A stretch of DNA of 64,000 bases. Source: Candidatus Saccharimonadia bacterium. GTDB taxonomy: Bacteria; Patescibacteriota; Saccharimonadia; UBA4664. The notes under the pieces were generated by a model that searched no databases, had not been told where the DNA came from, and saw nothing but the letters and a program-made list of their open reading frames with translations. How positions within the stretch are numbered: the stretch's first letter is position 1; each line of letters starts with the position of its first letter. This document shows positions 49,702 to 64,000 of this stretch, piece by piece. Both the position numbers and the translations under genes were made by a program. Location of the stretch: NCBI GenBank assembly GCA_035544015.1, contig DATKIP010000093.1:65156-129155 (forward strand), in the 5' to 3' direction.

Positions 49702-51144
49702 ATGTCATTAACAAAGCTGCGATCAGCGCTAGCGGCGGCGGTATTGCCGGTGGCCGCATTTATGCCGCTGCTCGCGCCGGCCGGGACGGCCCGGGCATTT
49801 TCAAGCTGCCCCACCGACCCGCTATCGGCCCTCACCCCGTACGAAGCAAATTATAACGACTCAGCCGCTGTCGATGTCGGCGTCAAATTCAACGTGCACG
49901 GCGCGCCGTTTGTGCGCGGCGTCAAATTCTACAAAGGCACCGACAACACCGGCACCCACGTAGCGCACCTTTTCGACTACTCAGCTTCCACCGAGCTCGC
50001 CTCGGCCACCTACACCAGCGAAACCAGCACTGGTTGGCAGACCGTAAACTTCTCGAGCGACGTGCCGGTGGACGACACCCACACCTTCGGCGTGTGGGTT
50101 GAAATGCCCGACGGCCACTACGCTGTTGATGGCGCCGGCGGCAACGGCACCAACAACTTTGGCGCCACCCCCGGCGGCCACGGCCAATTCGGCACTGCCG
50201 ATGACGTGGTCGTGATTCCCCAGGGCAACTCGGGCATCTACGAGTACGAGCCGCAAGCCGGCGTGCCTAGCAACACCACCGACCTCAACTACTGGGTATC
50301 GCCCATAGTCGGCGACACCACCGCTCCGTCGGTTGAGGTGGGCAACATGTCGGTCACCGATGACGCTTCCGGTCCCTCCGTGGATTGGGACGCCCCCGGC
50401 GCGGACACCAACGCGGCCACCAGTGATGGCACCCCGGTCCGGACCGCGGTTGAGCGCATCCAGGGCGAAAGCAGCGACTGGATCGTTGGCAGCCAGTCGG
50501 GCGATCTCTCAAGCTGGAGCGACGGTCCCAACGACCCCACCGCCCTTCCCGGCACCGCGTACACCTACAAGGTCATTAACTACGACGGCTGCGGCAATGC
50601 CTCCTCCGGCGCCACCGACACCGTAACGACCGCCAGCCAATCGCTCGACCACATCTTCTCGGGCAACCCGGCCAACACCGACACGGGCCAAACCGACCCG
50701 CTCACCGTCGGCCTGCGCTGGCACGCTGATGAGCCCGGCTATGTCTGGGGCGTGCGCGTGTACCGCGCCAGCGGCACCCAGTACACCGGCAGCCTGCAAA
50801 ACTTCGTTAGCCTTTGGGATACCGCCTCAACCACCACGGCTATGGCCACGCGCAACATCCCTCATGGCAACAACCAATCCGGTTGGATTGACGTACGCTT
50901 CGACGCACCCGTAGCCGTGGACGCCAACCACGACTATGTCGTGGGCTACCTCAGCCGTAACGGCCTCGAAACCTACACCAACGGCACCCTGAGCAGTGAC
51001 GTCACCAACAGTCACCTCACCGCCGTCGGCGACACCGAGGGTACACCCAATGGTGTCTACTCAACCTCGGGCGGCTACCCCGGCACCCGCTCGGGCAACG
51101 ACACCTGGTACGGCCTCGATGTAGACTGGTACCCCGCTCCGTAA
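49702..51144 (+). CDS. exported protein with two DUF4082-like domains flanking an FN3-like domain
   Basis: Signal peptide; VGVKF...GV.FYK...GWQ...NYWV repeated as VGLRW...GVRVY...GWI...WYGLDV. Confidence 0.8.
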   Translation: MSLTKLRSALAAAVLPVAAFMPLLAPAGTARAFSSCPTDPLSALTPYEANYNDSAAVDVGVKFNVHGAPFVRGVKFYKGTDNTGTHVAHLFDYSASTELASATYTSETSTGWQTVNFSSDVPVDDTHTFGVWVEMPDGHYAVDGAGGNGTNNFGATPGGHGQFGTADDVVVIPQGNSGIYEYEPQAGVPSNTTDLNYWVSPIVGDTTAPSVEVGNMSVTDDASGPSVDWDAPGADTNAATSDGTPVRTAVERIQGESSDWIVGSQSGDLSSWSDGPNDPTALPGTAYTYKVINYDGCGNASSGATDTVTTASQSLDHIFSGNPANTDTGQTDPLTVGLRWHADEPGYVWGVRVYRASGTQYTGSLQNFVSLWDTASTTTAMATRNIPHGNNQSGWIDVRFDAPVAVDANHDYVVGYLSRNGLETYTNGTLSSDVTNSHLTAVGDTEGTPNGVYSTSGGYPGTRSGNDTWYGLDVDWYPAP

Positions 51145-51167
51145 CGCTTACGGAAAACCGTTCACAC

Positions 51168-51198
51168 GAAGGGCCGGACGCTGGTTGTCCGGCCCTTC
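51168..51198 (+). terminator. hairpin terminator
   Basis: GAAGGGCCGGAC/GTCCGGCCCTTC. Confidence 0.7.
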
Positions 51199-51207
51199 CC
51201 TTGACTC

Positions 51208-51236
51208 TTGCATGTTCGCAAAATGTTCGGTATATT
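51208..51236 (+). promoter_or_regulatory. promoter with GTTC-N7-GTTC box in the spacer
   Basis: TTGCAT-17-TATATT enclosing TGTTCGCAAAATGTTCG. Confidence 0.65.
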
Positions 51237-51280
51237 TCTCTCGGTCAGCAACTATAATGAATCGCAGAAGGGGACCAACC

Positions 51281-51778
51281 ATGGCCGAGTTAACCGCCGC
51301 CGCTGTTCGGACAATCTTTAAAGAGGAATTCTCCGATCTTCGCGCCGAAATGCAGCAGGGATTGACCATCGTAAAGCAGGAATTCGTAGGCGTCAGATCC
51401 GAAATGAAGCAAGGACTTGCAGGTATACGGTCCGAAATGAAACACGGACTCGCGGACGTCAGGTCCGAGATGCAGCAAAGCTTTGCAGCTATACGGTCCG
51501 AAGTGGCTGCAGAATTCACCAACGTTCGCGCCGAAATGAAGCAAGGCCTCGCGGACGTTCGGGCTGAGATGACCGCCGAATTTGCGAATGTCAGATCCGA
51601 GATGACCACCGAATTTGCCAACGTCCGCGCCGAAATGCTCGATGGCCACGACCAAATTCTCGAAGCCATTCAGCGCCTGAGCGACGAAGACCGCGACGAA
51701 ATGGCCGGCCTCACCGGTCGTTTGCGCAATCACAATGAGCGTATCGCCCGGCTCGAACGGCTGAGCGATCTGCGGTAG
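51281..51778 (+). CDS. 11-residue-repeat coiled-coil protein
   Basis: About 9 tandem [SA]EM...[FL]A.[VI]R units (33 bp); C-terminal HNERIARLE. Confidence 0.8.
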   Translation: MAELTAAAVRTIFKEEFSDLRAEMQQGLTIVKQEFVGVRSEMKQGLAGIRSEMKHGLADVRSEMQQSFAAIRSEVAAEFTNVRAEMKQGLADVRAEMTAEFANVRSEMTTEFANVRAEMLDGHDQILEAIQRLSDEDRDEMAGLTGRLRNHNERIARLERLSDLR

Positions 51779-52723
51779 TTACGCCCCCGCCTTCACGAGT
51801 CGCTCCACCTCGGCCAGTGTCGGCAGGCCCGGCCGCGAAATTTTCAGCGCTGCTGTGGCACTGCCGTAGCGCATGGCCGTCTCCAGATCTTTGCCGGCCC
51901 GCACCGCCGCGATGACCCCGGCATTGAAGCTATCGCCCGCACCCACCATATTCACAGGTCTCACGTCATGGGCCGGCACTCGAACGACATTGCCACCTAC
52001 CAGCCCCCAGGCACCACGCGCGCCGTCTTTCACCGCCACCCGCGTGTCGCCCCAATCGTGGTCTTCAAGCCCAGCCTCGATCGCACCAAACCCCCACAGC
52101 GCCAAAAACTCATCGCGACTCGGGAAGTAATAATCCGCCCGACGCACCAGTTCGCGCACCATGGCAAGATCGCCCTCGGTCGAACCGGCATTTAGCCGGC
52201 CGTGATCTACCACAATTCGCGTATCGGTCGCCCTCGCTCGCTCGGCCAATTCTTCATAGGCTGGCAGCAGCCGCTTGAGCTTAAGACAGCTGCCTAGGTA
52301 CAAATACTCCACTTCGGGTAGCAGCGGTTCGGCCCGCTCCAACACCTCATCGGCCGTCAGAGCCTGGTTGGCCGTGCCCATCGCCGCCATCAGGGTGTGC
52401 GCCTGGTCATTCACGAAATTCATGCCAATATTCGTATGCACCGCCGCATCAACCACTAGCGCCGGTCGAATTCCGGCCTGCTCGATCATTCGCGCCAACA
52501 TTTCTCCGGGCCGATCTTGCCCAGTTTTGCCCACCATCACGGCCGACAGCCCCAGCGCGACACATAGCCGGCTAAAATTCAGCGCCGAACCCCCAAGCGT
52601 AAACTCGTAATCTCCGGCCACCAACTCGGTCTCCACGGCTAGCCCGCGCTCATCAAACGGCGCACCGGTTGAATTAATGTCGATATACACCCCGCCGACA
52701 GCCAAAAGCTCGTATTTTTTCAT
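51779..52723 (-). CDS. PfkB-family carbohydrate kinase
   Basis: GGSALN, G..G.D..G, K.G..GA, GAGDSF. Confidence 0.92.
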   Translation of the reverse strand: MKKYELLAVGGVYIDINSTGAPFDERGLAVETELVAGDYEFTLGGSALNFSRLCVALGLSAVMVGKTGQDRPGEMLARMIEQAGIRPALVVDAAVHTNIGMNFVNDQAHTLMAAMGTANQALTADEVLERAEPLLPEVEYLYLGSCLKLKRLLPAYEELAERARATDTRIVVDHGRLNAGSTEGDLAMVRELVRRADYYFPSRDEFLALWGFGAIEAGLEDHDWGDTRVAVKDGARGAWGLVGGNVVRVPAHDVRPVNMVGAGDSFNAGVIAAVRAGKDLETAMRYGSATAALKISRPGLPTLAEVERLVKAGA

Positions 52724-52839
52724 GACTCGAGCATACACGAACGGCCATCCCGCCGGCTAGCCAGTCGACAAACAACACCGCAGAGCGTATCGTATGCCTG
52801 CCCGGAAAGAGCACTGCCCAACAGAGTTAGGAGCCCAGT

Positions 52840-53406
52840 ATGGGCAACCCCCCGTACGATCGTGAGCAGGTAAACCAGTCCATCTATGCGCTGGGGCCAT
52901 CCATCGTGGATCAAATGCGCATCCTGCACCCCGCTCATCACAGGGTCGATGCACCGTACGGTTTCATGATCCTCGACCCGCAAGTCCACGCCGTCAATCG
53001 AAACAATGCACTGGGCCTGAGCAATCCCCTCAAGGAAGCCCGGGCCTATCTGGGGGCACGCCTCGTGGGGCACTATGTGAGCCCCGCCGCTACCGCGAGA
53101 AGCCACGGACGACCGCCGCTCGCTGGCGCGATGAGCCTAGCGGCGGCGGTCGCACTCATGCGGTATCGCAATCAGCTCAGCGACAACACCGCTGGAATAT
53201 TCGACCGCGAACAGGGCAAAACCGGCTGGCAGAGCTTCCTCGAGGTAAGGCCGGCGCCGATCATCCCGACTACCTTCAACGGCCCCGCCTTCATCATCGT
53301 GGCTGGCGGTTGGCCACAGGAGGACCACGTCGCAGCGACGGCGATCGAGCTCATGGCCCATGCGCTCGATCTCGCTTTCGGGGATCGTCCGCCCATCCTG
53401 CGATGA
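52840..53406 (+). CDS. orphan protein; C-terminus weakly GlcG/HbpS-like
   Basis: AGGAG RBS; IIVAGGWPQEDH..A; hairpin at 53432-53463. Confidence 0.55.
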   Translation: MGNPPYDREQVNQSIYALGPSIVDQMRILHPAHHRVDAPYGFMILDPQVHAVNRNNALGLSNPLKEARAYLGARLVGHYVSPAATARSHGRPPLAGAMSLAAAVALMRYRNQLSDNTAGIFDREQGKTGWQSFLEVRPAPIIPTTFNGPAFIIVAGGWPQEDHVAATAIELMAHALDLAFGDRPPILR

Positions 53407-53515
53407 CTACAGCTCATCTTCCGGGTGCGTTCCGCCGGCCCCCACTATCCCGGGGGCCGGCGGGACCACCGCTAACGCTTTGCGTCGGCCGCCAGCCGTG
53501 CTAATCTAGTACACT

Positions 53516-54796
53516 ATGGAAACCAAGCTTATCACCCGCACCGACACCGAAATTCAGTTCACGGTAGTCCTCGACGAGGCCTATCTCAAGCCCATCAAGG
53601 CTGAAATGTTCGATCATCTGCGCGGCCGCGTCAAGGCCGCCGGCTTCCGCCCCGGCAAAGCTCCCGACATGATCGTGGAGCGTGAGCTTGGATCGGGCAC
53701 CGTTCACAGCGAAATTATCGATCACGCTATTCAACATTCGTATCCCGATGCCATCAAGGAGCACGCCGTCCAAACCGTTTCCGGCCCCAAAGTATCGCTC
53801 GAAAAGTTCGTCCCCTACACCGAACTCGTCTATAAAGTGACCGTCGAGCTCCTGCCCAAAGTCAAACTGCCCGATTTCAAAAAACTACGCGTGAAGCGAC
53901 CCGCCATCAAGGTCGAAAAAGCCGAAATCGAGCGCACCATCGAAGACTTGCGCCGCCGTGAAGCCGCTCGCCTCGAGAGCGAGCAGCCGGCCAAGAAGGG
54001 TGATGAAGTCAATTTTGATTTCGACGGCACCAAAGACGGCCAGTCCGTCTCCGGCGCTTCGGCCAAAAACCAGACCCTCCAGCTTGGCTCTGGCCAATTT
54101 ATCCCCGGCTTCGAAGACGAAATGATCGGCCTCAAAAAAGGCGACGAGAAAACCTTCGACATCCGTTTCCCCGAAAGCTACCACGAAAAAACCTTGGCCG
54201 ATCAGGTGGTCACCTTCGCCATCAAGATCAACACGGTCACCGAGCTGGTGCTGCCCGAGATCGACGAATCATTCATCAACGCCGTCAGCCCGTTCAAATC
54301 ACTCGACGAGCTTAAGGCCGACATTACCGCCAAAATCTCCGGCGAAAAGGCCGAAGCCGCCTCGCGCGAGTACGAGCAAGAAGTCCTCAATAAGCTCCTC
54401 AAAAATTCTGACTACCAAACCCCTGAGACGCTCGTGGAGCAGCAGCTGGAGCGTATGCGCACCGAGCTCGAACAAAACCTCGCCTACAGTGGGCTTGATC
54501 TGACCAAATACCTCGACCTCTCGGGCAAGACCCGCGCCGAGCTCGACACCGAAATGCGCCCCGAAGCTCAGCGACGCGTCGGCCTGGCGCTCGTCCTCAC
54601 CGAAGTGGCCGCGGCCGAGCAGTTGAGCGTGAGCGCCGAGGAACTCGACGCCGAAATCAGCCGCCTCAAGCAATCGTACCCCGACCCTAGCACCCAGGCC
54701 GAACTCGAAAACGCCAGCACCCGCGAAGAGGTCTACAACCATCTCATGAGCTCCAAAGTCATTGCCCGGCTCGTCAGTTACGCCGAAGCCAAATAG
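53516..54796 (+). CDS. tig: trigger factor
   Basis: GFRPGKAP; FKBP-like FIPGFED..IG. Confidence 0.96.
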   Translation: METKLITRTDTEIQFTVVLDEAYLKPIKAEMFDHLRGRVKAAGFRPGKAPDMIVERELGSGTVHSEIIDHAIQHSYPDAIKEHAVQTVSGPKVSLEKFVPYTELVYKVTVELLPKVKLPDFKKLRVKRPAIKVEKAEIERTIEDLRRREAARLESEQPAKKGDEVNFDFDGTKDGQSVSGASAKNQTLQLGSGQFIPGFEDEMIGLKKGDEKTFDIRFPESYHEKTLADQVVTFAIKINTVTELVLPEIDESFINAVSPFKSLDELKADITAKISGEKAEAASREYEQEVLNKLLKNSDYQTPETLVEQQLERMRTELEQNLAYSGLDLTKYLDLSGKTRAELDTEMRPEAQRRVGLALVLTEVAAAEQLSVSAEELDAEISRLKQSYPDPSTQAELENASTREEVYNHLMSSKVIARLVSYAEAK

Positions 54797-54808
54797 CGCA
54801 CCCCGGGG

Positions 54809-54835
54809 CTAGCACTCGCATACCACGAGTGCTAA
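54809..54835 (+). promoter_or_regulatory. CIRCE element upstream of clpP
   Basis: CTAGCACTC-N9-GAGTGCTAA overlapping a TAAAAT -10. Confidence 0.9.
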
Positions 54836-54867
54836 AATAACCCCAGAATGTGAACAAGGAAGCCCCC

Positions 54868-55482
54868 ATGAAGCCAACCAGCCAATCCATTTTGATCCCC
54901 ACCGTCATCGAGAAAACTCCCGGCGGCGAGCGCGCTTACGATATCTATTCGCGTTTGCTCAAAGAACGCATCGTGTTTCTGGGCACCGGCATCGATGACA
55001 CGGTCGCCAACCTCATCGTGGCGCAGTTGTTGTTCCTCGAAAGCGAAGATGCCAGCAAAGACATTCAGCTCTACATCAACTCACCCGGCGGGCAAGTGTA
55101 CTCGGGCCTGGCCATCGTCGACACCATGCACCTCATCAAGCCGGCCGTTTCCACTATCGTGGTGGGGGTGGCGGCCTCCATGGGTGCCATCATTGCCTCT
55201 CAGGGTGAAAAGGGCAAGCGTTTCGCGTTACCAAATGCTAAGATAATGATGCACCAGCCGTCCTCAGGCTTTGAAGGCACTTCGGCCGATATCGAGATCT
55301 CGGCCCGCGAAGTGCTCAGCCTGCGTCACCGCATCGACGAAATGCTAGCTGATGCCACGGGTCACCCCATCGAAAAGATCAATCACGACACCGATCGCGA
55401 TTATTGGCTGACCGCGCAGGCCGCCGCCGAGTACGGCGTGATCGACAAAGTCATTACCAAATCCGCCTCCGCTACGAAATAA
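54868..55482 (+). CDS. clpP: Clp protease proteolytic subunit
   Basis: [11 protein letters not shown]; YINSPGG; AASMG; HQP; RD. Confidence 0.97.
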   Translation: MKPTSQSILIPTVIEKTPGGERAYDIYSRLLKERIVFLGTGIDDTVANLIVAQLLFLESEDASKDIQLYINSPGGQVYSGLAIVDTMHLIKPAVSTIVVGVAASMGAIIASQGEKGKRFALPNAKIMMHQPSSGFEGTSADIEISAREVLSLRHRIDEMLADATGHPIEKINHDTDRDYWLTAQAAAEYGVIDKVITKSASATK

Positions 55483-55507
55483 GCTTAAATTCCCAGGAGT
55501 CGCCCGC

Positions 55508-56818
55508 TTGAAGCGCCGCACCGAGATACCGGCCCAGTTCGTCACTGACGACGCCTCGATCGTCCGTAATGCCAGCTTCAATCGGCTCTGGAGCGCGCAG
55601 ATTCTGTCGCAGATTGCGCAGAACCTGCTCAACTTTGCCCTCATCATCCGCGTCTTCCAGCTCGCCCAAGGCACACGCCTCGCCAACGTCTCGGTGGCAC
55701 TGCTCATTTTGAGCTTTGGCATCCCATCGCTGCTCTTCGCCGCCGCGGCCGGCGTGTACGTGGATCACTGGAACAAAAAGCGGGTGCTCATCATCGCCAA
55801 TGTCACCCGGGCGCTGCTGGTGCTCGGGTATTTGGCCTTCGAGCATAATCTGTATCTCGTGTTGCTGCTGACCTTCCTCATCTCCACCGCCACCCAGTTT
55901 TTTACCCCCGCCGAAGCCGCGGCCATACCGGCCCTGGTGTCCAAAAAACACCTCCAGCGCGCCAATTCGCTGTTCGTTTTTACCATCTACGCCTCGTTTA
56001 TAATTGGCTATTCCGCTTCGGCGCCGGTGATCGCCGCCTTTGGACCCAGCGGACCGTACATCCTCACGGCTATTATGTTTGCCCTAGCCTCGGCGCTGGT
56101 GTGGGTGCTGCCCGATATTCAGGTGGAACGCTCCAAGGGCATGCCATTTAGGCACGTAGTGCGCCATACCTGGAGCGAACTGCGCGACAACTGGGAGCTC
56201 ATTCGCACCACTCACAATCTATCGTTTCCCATCCTCCAGCTCACCGTCGCGCAGTCCATTCTGGGAGTCATCCTGGCGCTCGCTCCGGCTCTATCACTGG
56301 CAGTTTTAGGCTTGCCATTGCAAAATTCATCGCATTACCTCATTATTCCAGCCGGCATTGGCATGGTGCTTGGAGTAGTACTCATTGATCGCCTAACGGC
56401 GCTCGTGCCACGCATCCGGCTTATCGTGGGCGGGGTGATCGCCGGCGCTGTCGCTCTCACGCTGCTCGGTTTGGCCGACCGCTTGCACCATTTCACCGAC
56501 GGCAAGGTTATGCTGGCGCATTACCAGATCGGCCTGATTGTCATCCCGATTGTTTTCATGCTGGGGTTCACGAATGCGGTCGTGTCGGTGGCAGCCCAAA
56601 CGCTGCTGCAGGAAAACACCACCGAACAGAGCCGCGGCAAGGTCTTTGGCGCGCTCGGTATGATGATTAACATCGCCGCCACGCTGCCCATTTTCTTTGC
56701 CGGCATATTAGCCGATCTCACGAGTGTTAATATTGTCATCTCTACCCTTGGGCTCCTTCTGCTTGCATTTGCTCTCGGGCAATTTTGGTACCTCCGCCGC
56801 TCTGGTAAACTCGGCTAA
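55508..56818 (+). CDS. MFS transporter
   Basis: 12 TM segments; AGVYVDHWNKK; QFF.PAE.A.IP; RGKVFG. Confidence 0.88.
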   Translation: MKRRTEIPAQFVTDDASIVRNASFNRLWSAQILSQIAQNLLNFALIIRVFQLAQGTRLANVSVALLILSFGIPSLLFAAAAGVYVDHWNKKRVLIIANVTRALLVLGYLAFEHNLYLVLLLTFLISTATQFFTPAEAAAIPALVSKKHLQRANSLFVFTIYASFIIGYSASAPVIAAFGPSGPYILTAIMFALASALVWVLPDIQVERSKGMPFRHVVRHTWSELRDNWELIRTTHNLSFPILQLTVAQSILGVILALAPALSLAVLGLPLQNSSHYLIIPAGIGMVLGVVLIDRLTALVPRIRLIVGGVIAGAVALTLLGLADRLHHFTDGKVMLAHYQIGLIVIPIVFMLGFTNAVVSVAAQTLLQENTTEQSRGKVFGALGMMINIAATLPIFFAGILADLTSVNIVISTLGLLLLAFALGQFWYLRRSGKLG

Positions 56819-57170
56819 TGGTTTCCCGCCTAAGTTCTCAGGCCACCGCTTGAGCTCTTGGGTTGGAGTCCGACCTCGAGCCTGCGCCCGAGGTCGGACG
56901 GTTGTGGTGAATGGTCGCTGCCTGACCACCCGCTTGCCGTCGGGCGTCATGCCCGCCGACACGAGGGACGCGGGCGCGCCGAGGGCCGTCGTCTCCCCCT
57001 ACCTGACCTTCCACGAAGCGCTTGAGCTCTGTCGGAGTAGCTGGATTGGGACTGCCGGTTCGGTGAGCGGTCGCGGTCGTCGCAATCATTTCGTTAGGGG
57101 CCGAGAAAGCCCTGCGGTAATTCCTAGAGCCTGCCACTCCATCTCGATGATGAGGATAGCTCGATGGAGG

Positions 57171-57206
57171 GAGGACCCGCCCGGCACCAAGACCGGGCGG
57201 GTCCTC
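57171..57206 (-). terminator. GC hairpin downstream of the lipoprotein islet
   Basis: 14-bp perfect stem GAGGACCCGCCCGG/CCGGGCGGGTCCTC. Confidence 0.65.
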
Positions 57207-57215
57207 GTCCCGGAA

Positions 57216-57746
57216 CTAGCAGCCCAGCTGGACCGCCGGTACCGGCTTACTCACTACGCTCAGAATCAAGCTCCCTGGGTACCCGGCAGATGTGTCGCCC
57301 CAGCGATTCGGGTACGAGTGCTTCTGCCACCAGTCCAGCGAGTGCGGTGACACCAGCTGTACCCGGCAGTCATGCGGCGTGCCGACGATCAGGGTCTGGC
57401 CTGCGGGGCATGGCCGGGTAGACAAGGTCACCAGGTCGCCGGATTCCACTACCAGCGGGGTGCGGGTGCTGTCGGTGGCCTGGACCTTCCGGTCCAAGAC
57501 GCACGCCCGGATCGGGCGACTCGAGTTGGCGACCAGCTGTTCGAAATTGATGCTGGCAATCTTTGTCCCCTCTGGTAGGCGCGGCGCACGAGATGCGGGG
57601 CCGGGAACGGGCCGCGCCGAGGTGGGCGCAGCTGCGCGCGTCGTTGCCGTCGCGGAGCCTCCCGGATCGCTGGTGCAGCCTGCGAGCAGGAGGCCTGCAG
57701 TGAGGCCCAGCCCTGCGAGCAAGGCAGTCGTTCGTGTGAAGTGCAC
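57216..57746 (-). CDS. orphan lipoprotein
   Basis: CGAAGGG RBS + GTG; lipobox LAGC; four further Cys including a terminal one. Confidence 0.72.
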   Translation of the reverse strand: MHFTRTTALLAGLGLTAGLLLAGCTSDPGGSATATTRAAAPTSARPVPGPASRAPRLPEGTKIASINFEQLVANSSRPIRACVLDRKVQATDSTRTPLVVESGDLVTLSTRPCPAGQTLIVGTPHDCRVQLVSPHSLDWWQKHSYPNRWGDTSAGYPGSLILSVVSKPVPAVQLGC

Positions 57747-57964
57747 AGAAATCACCCTTCGGTATCGGTACTAACGACGCCTATATGTCTACACGCCGGC
57801 CACGTGCACGTCAACACCTTGACACCGCCACCAGATTGCGCCACACTAGATACCAAGAGGATGCTTAAATCGGACAACTAGGGCCTGTAGCCCCTAGTTT
57901 TATGTGTTTAGAAAAGCCTCAGAGCACATATTCACTCACATCACCCATAGTTAGGAGCAAAGTT

Positions 57965-61513
<3,549 letters not shown>

Positions 61514-61516
61514 TAT

Positions 61517-64000
<2,484 letters not shown>

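Noticed and set aside
46752-51778. Genomic island integrated at tRNA-Leu
   Set aside because: No integrase and no duplicated tRNA 3' end seen

Overview
High-GC (roughly 60-65% by eye) bacterial chromosome segment, probably Patescibacteria/Saccharimonadia (inferred from compact gene content and gene neighbourhoods; not searched). Core backbone: gatC-gatA-(3 ORFs)-gatB, dnaE, rplS-rnhB-yraN, M1 aminopeptidase, nusA, clpC, radA-PIN/TRAM, PBP1A, tyrS, recG-rsmD, tRNA-Leu(TAG), a two-component pair, tig-clpP, rpoB and partial rpoC. About a dozen stand-alone orphan islets sit between the core genes. Most have a purine-rich RBS, an exported small protein with paired Cys and a long GC hairpin, and they include two paralogous families. 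Other notable signals: AT-rich intergenic twin-palindrome modules (two loci share a 15-bp palindrome at identical 51-bp spacing), a protein with four tandem winged-helix repeats, CIRCE boxes at clpC and clpP, a LexA-like direct repeat at radA and at an 11-residue-repeat coiled-coil gene, leaderless-type starts, and gene-replacement scars. No CRISPR array, rRNA, integrase or transposase was seen. All family assignments come from motif recognition by eye.
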